This document shows, piece by piece, positions 40,627-53,050 of a DNA stretch of 64,000 nucleotides; positions within the stretch are counted from its first letter, which is position 1; every line of letters starts with the position of its first letter. Made by a program: the position numbers and the translations under genes. This stretch comes from Eledone cirrhosa (lineage: Eukaryota). The notes beneath the pieces are model-generated. The model did not search any database, was not told where the DNA came from, and was given only the letters and a program-made list of their open reading frames with translations. The stretch is from positions 22,320,001-22,384,000 of the forward strand of contig OZ024747.1 of the NCBI GenBank assembly GCA_964016885.1, written 5' to 3'.

Positions 40627-43600
40627 AATTTATATGATATACAAAAAACATTTTTTATATGTATATTTTTTCTAATATATATCGTCGTCATTGTTTACCA
40701 TCCATTATATATTATAGATATACAAAAATCTAGTTGAGAAACAACTAGTATTATGTAAATATATATAGTACGACAAATAATAAATGTCCTCACTTAAAGA
40801 AAGATTGATTCTGAGAGGTTCATTGTTCTTAGCTCTTCCTTGGTCTGCTGTTGTCATGACTTCTGTTCTAATTCTGGTGATTCTAGCTACACTGTATTGC
40901 ATATGATTTCAATTTGGCTGGAAATAGAAACTAAAGTACCCCACTACCATCACCACCAGCACGACTATGTACACTGAACACCGTAGTGGTATAATGAAAT
41001 AGTGCTGCTGTCATAACAAACAAAATCACCCAACCCACCCTGTAAGGTGGTAGTGCTGGTGTCATTACAAAATCACCCAACCCACCCTGTAAGGTGGTAG
41101 TGCTGGTGTCATTACAAAATCACCCAACCCACCCTGTAAGGTGGTAGTGCTGGTGTCACTACAAAATCACTCAGTCCACCCTGTAAGGTGGTAGTGCTTG
41201 TGTCACTACAAAATCACCCAACCCACCCTGTAAAGTGGTAGTGCTGGTGTCATTACAAAATCACCCAATCCACCCTGTAAGGTGGTAGTGCTTGTGTCAT
41301 TACAAAAGCACCCAACCCACCCTGTAAAGTGGTAGTGCTGGTGTCATTACAAAATCACCCAATCCACCCTGTAAGGTGGTAGTGCTTGTGTCATTACAAA
41401 AGCACCCAACCCACCCTGTAAGGTGGTAGTGCTTGTGTCACTACAAAATCACCCAACCCACCCTGTAAGGTGGTAGTGCTTGTGTCACTACAAAATCACC
41501 CAACCCACCCTGTAAGGTGGTAGTGCTGGTGTCATTACAAAGGCACCCAACCCACCCTGTAAGGTGGTAGTGCTTGTGTCACTACAAAATCACCCAATCC
41601 ACCCTGTAAGGTGGTAGTGCTTGTGTCACTACAAAATCACCCAACCCACCCTGTAAGGTGGTAGTGCTTGTGTCACTACAAAATCACCCAATCCACCCTG
41701 TAAGGTGGTAGTGCTGGTGTCATTACAAAATCACCCAATCCACCCTGTAAGGGTGTAGTGCTGGTGCCACTTCCCTTCAATCGGTTTCTATTAGCTAATG
41801 AATACACCAATGTTGAATAATAGAAAGATTATGTCTAATCTATTTAATTTCAGTTTACCGACAAGCTGGAAGACATGTTGGACTGTTTAGCAACTACTGC
41901 TGAACAGGTACAGCATGCTGAGCCTATTTCTGCACACCCTGATAAATTGAAGGAGCAGATATCAGAAAACAAGGTGAGTTATTCTTTTACTTTTGTTTCT
42001 TTTTCTCTTATTTGTTACCTCATTCATATACTGCTGCATTTTTTTTTCTATATCCAAATATCTAATAATATAAATAACCACATGTGTTGTACTCTTTTAA
42101 TATTATTTTAAAAAATCTAATTAGCATAACAGTTTAATCAATTAAATCAATTTAAGTCATTTTTAATGAATTTTTTTATCAATTTTTTTTTCAATTTAAT
42201 CAATTCCTAACATATTTTCTTTTAAAACAAATTTAAGCTAAATAAAGTAAATAAACTTTATAAATTATCAAAGTGCTGAGAGTGTTTGAAATTTGAAAGA
42301 GAGAGTCCTAAATACAGAAATTAGCTGCATTAACAGTCAAATACTATAGATAATAGTTGAAAAAATTGGATAAATTATCCTTAGAGTTCGAAAAAAGTGG
42401 ACCTCATCTTTAGTGATTGATTACCATTACAGTTATTTTCTGTATTTGGGACTCACACATTTTGAATAAAGTAAATATTCAACTGGAACACTTGTCACAA
42501 TTGACGAAGGTTCAACAATAGAAATGTTTACAACAAATATTTAACCCTTCAGTTATCACTCAGCCAAAACCAGCTCTGGTTCTATGAAATAAAACTACTC
42601 ATCTTAAAGATTTCCTATTTAAATTAAAATCTTCCAACATAATCTTATATAAGAATCTTACATTTACTATCTCAGTAATGAAATAATTAATAATTTTAGT
42701 AAATCCCCTCAAAATTCTTAATTAATTAATTCAAATAGAATGTATTTTATTAGAAATGTGGACATGAAAGGGTTAAAAATAATGTTTGGAGCAGAAGTTC
42801 TTAACTTACATGATACAACAATCCCAATGAGTAAGATGCTAACATTTAACTGACTTTACATAAAAATGAGATTGCACTCATTATTAATTATTGAAGAAAA
42901 TTTTTTTTAATTGACATCTTTTTTGTAGCTATTTGACTATTATACATATATAATCTATAATTCCAGCATTTGATTGAAGATATGGAGCTACGGTTAACAG
43001 CATTGAATTCAGTGAAATTTACTGCACAGGAGTTGATTACTCAAGCAGGCGATACTGAAGATGAAGCTGTAACTGGTAAGCAAAAATATTGATTTCTATT
43101 CAAAGAACAGGGAAGGCACATGGCTTGGTGGTTAGGGTATTTCGCTCACGATCATATAGTCATGAGTTCAACTCCTAGCATTGTGTCCTTGAGCAAGACA
43201 CTTTATTTCATGTTACTCCAGTCTACACAACTGGAGAAAATGGATTGTACTTATAATTTAAAGAGCCAGCTATGTCCTACACTGTGTTATTCTGAATCTC
43301 CCTGAGAACTATATTAAGGGTACATGAGGCTGTAGAATGCTCCACCTCTTGCACATTAATTTTAGGAGCATGTAAAAGGATGTAACAAACAACCACAATG
43401 TATGTTCTGCTGCTCTACTATTTCAATGGCTGATGTATACTAAATGATAAAATTTGGTGTGTGCATACCAATGCAAATGACCATGATAATAGTTGGTCAC
43501 TATGAATAAGAAGAAAATCAGATAAAGCATCCTATGATCACCCCTACACACTATATCATACATCTTATGATCACTCAACACACACTATATCATACATCTT

Positions 43601-46600
43601 ATGATCACTCCACACACTATATCATACATCTTATGATCACTCAACACACACTATATCATACATCTTATGATCACTCAACACACACTATATCATACATCTT
43701 ATGATCACTCCACACACTATATCATACATCTTATGATCACTCCACACACTATATCATACATCTTATGATCACTCCACACACTATATCATACATCTTATGA
43801 TCACTCCACACACTATATCATACATCTTATGATCACTCCACACACTATATCATACATCTTATGATCACTCCACACACTATATCATACATCTTATGATCAC
43901 TCAACACACACTATATCATACATCTTATGATCACTCAACACACACTATATCATACATCTTATGATCACTCAACACACACTATATCATACATCTTATGATC
44001 ACTCAACACACACTATATCATACATCTTATGATCACTCCACACACTATATCATACATCTTATGATCACTCCACACACTATATCATACATCTTATGATCAC
44101 TCCACACACTATATCATACATCTTATGATGACTCAACACACACTATATCATACATCTTATGATCACTCCACACACACTATATCATACATCTTATGATCAC
44201 TCCACACACTATATCATACATCTTATGATCACTCCACACACTATATCATACATCTTATGATCACTCCACACACTATATCATACATCTTATGATCACTCCA
44301 CACACTATATCATACATCTTATGATCACTCCACACACTATATCATACATCTTATGATCACTCCACACACTATATCATACATCTTATGATCACTCCACACA
44401 CTATATCATACATCTTATGATCACTCAACACACACTAAATCATACATCTTATGATCACTCAACATACACTATATCATACATCTTATGATCACTCCACACA
44501 GTATATCATATATCTTATGATCACTCCTCACACTCTATCATATATCTTATGACTCTATCATACATCTTATAATCACTCTCACTCTATCATGTTTTATTAT
44601 CACTCTACACACTCTATCATACATCTTATGATCACTCTACTATCATTCATTTCATGATCACTCTACACACATCTTCTATCACTCATCTTATGATCACTCT
44701 ACTATCATGCATTTTATGATCACTTTACATACTCTATCATACATCTTATGATCAACCTATATTCTGTGCTTCAGTCTGGTGTTGCACACTCTATCATGCA
44801 TTTTTTGTGGCTATGAAACTACTAATGAAATATATGTGGTTATTTTAGTTTGTGTATTTATTTCTCTACAGATGTGAAACAAAAACTGGATGAGTTAATC
44901 AGACTTTATGACAGCATCAAATGCACTACTGAAGAGAGAAGCAAGGCTCTTGAAGAAACCCTAGATGTATCCGAGAAGTTTTGGGAAGATCTAAACAGTC
45001 TTATGAATACATTGAAAGATTTACAAGACAGCTTATCACACCAAGAATTGCCCGGTTTGGAGCCATCCATTATAAGAGAACAACAAGAAGAGCTGGAGGT
45101 AAAAATTAGTTTATTGTGTCTGTTTTGATATTGGGCGTATAGCTAGTGAGTTATATTAGTGGGAAGTAAGTTATATTTGGAGATACTGGTTGGTTATGAT
45201 ATAGGGATGGAAGATACTGTTAGGTTATGATATAGGGATGGAAGATACTGGTTGGTTATGATATAGGGATGAGAGATACTGGTTGGTTATGATATAGGGA
45301 TGGGAGATACTGTTAGGTTATGATATAGGGATGAGAGATACTGGTTGGTTATGATATAGGGATGAGAGATACTGGTTGGTTATGATATAGGGATGAGAGA
45401 TACTGGTTGGTTATGATATAGGGATGGGAGATACTGTTAGGTTATGATATAGGGATGAGAGATACTGTTAGGTTATGATATAGGGATGAGAGATACTGTT
45501 AGGTTATGATATAGGGATGAGAGATACTGTTAGGTTATGATATAGGGATGAGAGATACTGTTAGGTTATGATATAGGGATGAGAGATACTGTTAGGTTAT
45601 GTTATAGGGATGAGAGGTACTGTTAGGTTATGATATAGGGATGAGAGATACTGTTAGGTTATGATATAGGGATGAGAGATACTGGTTGGTTATGATATAG
45701 GGATGGGAGATACTGTTAGGTTATGATATAGGGATGAGAGATACTGGTTGGTTATGATATAGGGATGAGAGATACTGTTAGGTTATGATATAGGGATGAG
45801 AGATACTGTTAGGTTATGATATAGGGATGAGAGGTACTGTTAGGTTATGATATAGGGATGAGAGGTACTGTTAGGTTATGATATAGGGATGAGAGATACT
45901 GTTAGGTTATGATATAGGGATGAGAGATACTGTTAGGTTATGATATAGGGATGAGAGATACTGTTAGGTTATGATATAGGGATGAGAGATACTGGTTGGT
46001 TATGATATAGGGATGGGAGATATTGTTAGGTTATGATATAGGGATGAGAGATACTGTTAGGTTATGATATAGGGATGAGAGATACTGTTAGGTTATGATA
46101 TAGGGATGAGAGATACTGTTAGGTTATGTTATAGGGATGAGAGATACTGGTTGGTTATGATATAGGGATGAGAGATACTGGTTGGTTATGATATAGGGAT
46201 GAGAGATACTGTTAGGTTATGATATAGGGATGAGAGGTACTGTTAGGTTATGATATAGGGATGAGAGATACTGTTAGGTTATGTTATAGGGATGAGAGGT
46301 ACTGTTAGGTTATGATATAGGGATGAGAGATACTGGTTGGTTATGATATAGGGATGAGAGATACTGGTTGGTTATGATATAGGGATGAGTGATACTGTTA
46401 GGTTATGATATAGGGATGAGGGATACTGTTAGGTTATGATATAGGGATGGGAGATACTGTTAGGTTATGATATAGGGATGGGAGATACTGTTAGTTTATG
46501 ATATAGGGATGGGAGATAGTTAGGTTATGATATAGGGATGAGAGGTACTGTTAGGTTATGATATAGGGATGAGAGATACTGTTAGGTTATGTTATAGGGA

Positions 46601-48426
46601 TGAGAGGTACTGTTAGGTTATGATATAGGGATGAGAGATACTGGTTGGTTATGATATAGGGATGGGAGATACTGTTAGGTTATGATATAGGGATGAGAGA
46701 TACTGTTAGGTTATGATATAGGGATGAGAGGTACTGGTTGGTTATGATATAGGGATGAGAGATACTGTTAAGTTATGATATAGGGATGAGAGATACTGTT
46801 AGGTTATGTTATAGGGATGAGAGATACTGTTAAGTTATGATATAGGGATGAGAGATACTGTTAGGTTAGGATATAGGGATGGGAGATACTGTTAGGTTAT
46901 GATATAGGGATGAGAGATACTGTTAGGTTATGATATAGGAATGAGAGGTACTGTTAGGTTATGATATAGGGATGAGAGGTACTGGTTGGTTATGATACAG
47001 GGATGAGAGATACTGTTAAGTTATGATATAGGGATGAGAGATACTGTTAGGTTAGGATATAGGGATGGGAGATACTGTTAGGTTATGATATAGGGATGAG
47101 AGATACTGTTAGGTTATGATATAGGAATGAGAGGTACTGTTAGGTTATGATATAGGGATGAGAGGTACTGGTTGGTTATGATACAGGGATGAGAGATACT
47201 GTTAAGTTATGATATAGGGATGAGAGATACTGTTAGGTTATGATATAGGGATGAGAGGTACTGGTTGGTTATGATATAGGGATGAGAGATACTGTTAGGT
47301 TATGATATAGGGATGAGAGATACTGTTAAGTTATGATATAGGGATGAGAGATACTGTTAGGTTATGATATAGGGATGAGAGGTACTGGTTGGTTATGATA
47401 TAGGGATGAGAGATACTGTTAGGTTATGATATAGGGATGAGAGGTACTGGTTGGTTATGATATAGGGATGAGAGATACTGTTAGGTTATGATATAGGGAT
47501 GAGAGATACTGTTAAGTTATGATATAGGGATGAGAGATATTGTTAGGTTATGATATAGGGATGAGAGATACTGTTAGGTTATGATATAGGGATGAGAGAT
47601 ATTGTTAGGTTATGATATAGGGATGGGAGATACTGTTAGGTTATGATATAGGGATGAGAGATATTGTTAGGTTATGATATAGGGATGGGAGATACTGTTA
47701 GGTTATGATATAGGGATGAGAGATACTGTTAGGTTATGATATAGGGATGAGAGATACTGTTAGGTTATGATATAGGGATGAGAGATACTGTTTGGTTATG
47801 ATATAGGGATGGGAGATACTGTTAGGTTATGATATAGGGATGAGAGATACTGGCTGGTTATGATATAGGGATGAGAGATACTGTTAGGTTATGATATAGG
47901 GATGAGAGATACTGTTAGGTTATGATATAGGGATGAGAGATAGTTAGGTTATGATATAGGGATGAGAGATACTGTTAGGTTATGATATAGGGATGAGAGA
48001 TACTGTTAGGTTATGATATAGGGATGAGAGATACTGTTAGGTTATGATACAGGGATGAGAGATACTGTCTGGTTATGATATAGGGATGAGAGATACTGTC
48101 TGGTTATGATATAGGGATGAGAGATACTGTTAGGTTATGATATAGGGATGAGAGATACTGGCTGGTTATGATATAGGGATGGGAGATACTGGCTGGTTAT
48201 GATATAGGGATGAGAGATACTGTTAGGTTATGATATGGGGATGAGAGATAGTTTGGTTTTGATGTTGGAATGGGAGATACAGATAGGTTATATCAGAATA
48301 GGAAATATTGGTTGGTGATGATATGGGAATGGAAGACACTGGTTGTTTCAGTTAATGTTTGAATATTTTAAATACTGCAGTATTTTAAACACATATTCTT
48401 AAATTTATATATATATATATATATAT

Positions 48427-48473
<47 letters not shown>

Positions 48474-50151
48474 GGGAATAAATAAAGAAAGAAAAAGGAA
48501 ACTAAAAAAATATATAATGTTGTTAATAGTAAAGGAAGAGTATTTATATAGTGATACAACTGTTTGTATTTTAAACTTTATCAACTTCATATTTCACCAG
48601 ACTTTGAAAGAAGATATCCAAGCATCTCAAGTTGACTTGGAAGATGTGCACCAAACTGGAGAGCAGCTGGTTAACCTATGTGGAGAACCAGATAAGCCTG
48701 AAGTAAAGAAAAATATCGATGATTTAGACACAAGCTTGGCCACTATCAATAATGAATATATGAAACGTTCAAGAACACTGGAAACTACTCTCAATAAAGT
48801 AGTCCATTTCCATGATGAACTGATGGTAAGATTTTATTTGTGCTTTTTATTATCGATCTTTTTAAGGATACATTTTTGCAGCTACACACACAGAGCCATG
48901 TGCAGTTGAATCTGTTTGTCTAGGACACAGCTAAGCACTGGTTGTGGGACATAAATAGTTGATAGCATTGTTATTTAACCCTAGGTTGCCTTAATCAAAC
49001 AGACCTTGATCAAAGACATTCAAGTCATTAACATTTTGTATTTTTATTCAGACATAGTGTATGTAAAACTACTACACTTTTCAGTGTTTTCTTCCATTTT
49101 TAAATTGGTAGTATATAATTTGAGGGATATTTCACTGACCTTGTCAAGGTTCCCTCATTGGCTTGGGGCATAAATAGTTGATACTGCCACTGGGTGACTG
49201 ACTGTTTCCACTTTAATCTTTTGATAATCTAACAATGAACTCTGTTAACCCTTTTGCTACTGACAAGTCAGTTCTAGTTCTATAAAACAAAACTACATAT
49301 TTTAAAGAGCTCCTATTAAAATTGAATTCTTCCTACATAATTTTATATAATAACCATGCTGTAAATGTGATTGGTGTTAGGAAGAACATCCAGCCATAGA
49401 AACAAAGCCAGAAACAGTTCTGTATCAACAAGACACGGTCATCTGATCTGACTTGTCTCAAATAGGACAACTCATCTAACCCATGCTAGTGTGGAAAAAT
49501 GGCTGTTAAACAGTGATGGTGATGATGATGAACCATATGTTAATTTACTATCTTAGTTATGAAATAATTAAGTTTAGTAAATCTCTGAAAATTCTTCTTT
49601 AATTAATTGAAATAGTGTATTTCATTAAAAATACAGTCACAAAAAAGTTAATAAAAAATATTTTTTTGGCCAAGGAGGGTGACCACTTAGAGGTGTTAGT
49701 TTATAAAAATGCTTTTTGTATTTTCCTTGCAGACATTTTTAACCTGGTTGAACACCACAGAGGAAAAATTCCAGTGTCTGAAACCAATTGCTAGTGAGTT
49801 TGAAACCATAAAATCACAAACCAAAGAATTAAAGGTAATTTATTTCATTTTAAATGATTTTTGTTGTTTTATTTGGCATTCTTAAGCCAAAAAAAGGATT
49901 GAGATGACTCTTCAGTTGTAACAGGGGCATGACAACTTATTTTAGTATTGGTAACATGACAAAATGTACTAAGTACACCCTGTAAAGTGGTTGGTGCTAA
50001 GAAGGGCATCCAGCCATAGAAAATTTGACAAAGAGTTGAGAGGACTCATCAGTTGTGCCAAAGACATAACAACCTCCCTAGTGCTGATGATACAATAACA
50101 TGTTTCCTGTGGACCATGTAAAGTGCAGCAATGTATATAAGCAAGATGTAG

Positions 50152-50200
<49 letters not shown>

Positions 50201-52984
50201 AGCTCATTTGAGTGGTCTGTAGCTCTGATGTAGTACTGATTTGGTTTGTGATGACTCATTCAACTATTGCTAACAGGGAAAATTAACATTATATTATGAT
50301 GATGATATCTTTCCTGTTTATCATTTTGGGGGATTGAAAGGTTCCTACCAAGATGCTCTATTGTGACGCAGTCAATATTCTCTAAACTCAGCTGCACTTC
50401 AGTGTTTGGTTATGTCATCTCATGCTTATCCTTCTAAACCTTTAATTGCCTTTTGTACAGTTTAGTAAAAGCATGGCTTGGTGATTGAGGATTTCACGTC
50501 ACAACTACAGTGAATTAATAGACAGGCTGCATATCACCATGGGTGGTGAGAGCTGATATCATTTCATTGAGACTCACAAAGGAGATGACAAAGAAATGTA
50601 ACAAATGGAGGTATGCTGTGCTGGAAAGGATCCATCCAACACATGCAAGCGTAGAAAAGTGGACATAAAATATTGATGATGATGATGATGATGGTCACAA
50701 AAAGATAACGACTGTTTTGGTAAAACAAAAAGAAACAAACTTTTATGTGATCCTATATTTCCTATATCTCCATTTTCATTTTTTTCTCCCCATTCAGGAA
50801 TTTAAATCCAAAATTGATTCAAAACAAGAAGATGTTGAAAATCTGAACCAACAAGCTGCTGAGTTATCAAAGGACTGCACTCCTGACCAATCGATCTATA
50901 TTAAAGAACCAATTGTCAATATGAATCAACGTTGGGACATGCTGATTGGAAATATTGCTGATCGGGAGGTAGAGCTCATTTCTATTTCACTCACATTCTT
51001 TCATATCAACAACTTTCTATCTTCTATGTCTGCCATGGCTCATTCTTATTTCTTATCTTACCCTCTCATACTTTACTCTTTCTACTCCTCCCACTCTCCT
51101 CTGCTACCCCTCCCACTCTCCTCTGCTACCCCTCCCACTCTCCTCTGCTACCCCTCCCACTCTCCTCTGCTACCCCTCCCACTTTCCTCTGCTACCCCTC
51201 CCACTTTCCTCTTCTACCCTCTCACTTTCCTCTTCAACTCTCCTCTCACTTTCCTCTTCAACTCTCCTCTCACTCTCCTCTTCAACTCTCCTCTCACTCT
51301 CCTCTTCTACTCCTCTCACTCTCCTCTTCTACCCCTCTCACTCCTCTTTTACCCCTCTCCTCTTCTACCCTCTCACTCTTCCACCCCTCTCACTCTCCCT
51401 CATACTCCTCTCACTCTCCCTCATACTCCTCTCACTCTCCCTCATACTCCTCTCACTCTCCCTTATACTTCTCTCACTCTCCTCATCTACCCCTCACTCT
51501 TCTACCCCTCTCACTTCCCTTTCCTACTCCTCTCACCTCCCCTCCCCTCATACTCCTCTCACCTCCCCTCATACTCCTCTCACCTCCCCTCATACTCCTC
51601 TCACCTCCCCTCATACTCCTCTCTCACCTCCCCTCATACTCCTCTCTCACCTCCCCTCATACTCCTCTCTCACCTCCCATTCTCCCTACTTTATCCACTA
51701 CCATTACTGTCCAGTTCAGTAAATATCAATTCTGTTGTCTTATATTTTCAGCGCCAACTGCAGGCAGCTCTTCTAAATGTTGGACAGTTTGACCATGCTC
51801 TCGGTGAAATCCTAACCTGGCTCTTTAAAACTGGGAAAGCTGTTGACAACATTCAACAATTATTTGGAGACCCAAGAACCATTGAGATGGAAATTTCCAA
51901 ATTAAATGTTTGTACCCCTTTTTATTTCTTTTTACTTAGTTATATTAGAAAGTAAAATGTCTTTTAATTTTAAAAAATTGTAAATTAAAAGACATTGCTA
52001 AATAAAGTTTTTCCTTACTATACTAGTCGTCTATATTGTTAAACAAATTACCAATCTAAACATGCAGCTGATATTAGAAACTAAAATATTTTCGCAAAAG
52101 TTATGGAATATTTGAAACAGTCTATTTACAGTTCTTCTTCCTTGCTATGTCATAATCAATTACTATAATATAACATACTGTAAATGTGGTTGGCATTAGG
52201 AAGGGCATCCAGCTGTAAAAATCTAACTATATGAGCAAGACATGGTCACCTGACCCAACTTGCCTCAAATGGGACAACCCATATAACCCATGCTATTGTG
52301 GAAAATGGACGTTAAACGATGATGATGACGATATTTCATATTATTCCAATGCAGATGTAAAGTTATTGGTAAACTAATCCTGTGAATCAGGCATTCATTG
52401 ATAGTGATAAAACCATTTAGAAAGTCATGAATGTCATAACTTCCCATCTTCCTTTGTCTTTCATATAACTAAAGTCTTATAAGATGGTTTCCATGTTAAC
52501 AGGTGTAGACATGGGTATGTGGTTAAGAAGCTTTCTTTGCAACCACATTTTTTGGTTACTCCCACTCTGTAGGGTTTTGAAATAGTATGTGTGTGTGTGT
52601 ATATATATATATAAGTTAAAACAATGAAATAAAAAATCAAGTCATTAGAGATATACTTCACTGCTTTACGATCGTTTCTAGATGATGATAATACATTGTA
52701 GCTATACTTCCTGTGTATATATATATATATACGTAAGAAAACAGCACAGTTCCCATGACTTTCGGAAACATTTTTTCACGCTCAGAGTTGCTGAAGCATG
52801 GAACAAACTACCTGCATCAGTTGTTAGCTGTGGAGACGCTGCATCCTTTAAGGCCTCCATGCTTCCCGAGATCCGCCAACACTACAGCTAACACATACAA
52901 ACATGTACTTCCCTGGCATTTGTGTATTATTCTATGTACTATATTGACGAGTTGTAGTGCACCTGAGCACTTTACACAATAATT

Positions 52985-53050
<66 letters not shown>

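Noticed and set aside
40985-48335. Regular 31-47-bp repeat arrays as CRISPR arrays
   Set aside because: The units are head-to-tail with no unique spacers, there are no cas genes, and they sit in introns of a eukaryotic gene.
45175-48335. TTAGG motifs as telomeric repeats
   Set aside because: TTAGG is embedded once per 31-bp unit; it is not a tandem telomeric tract.
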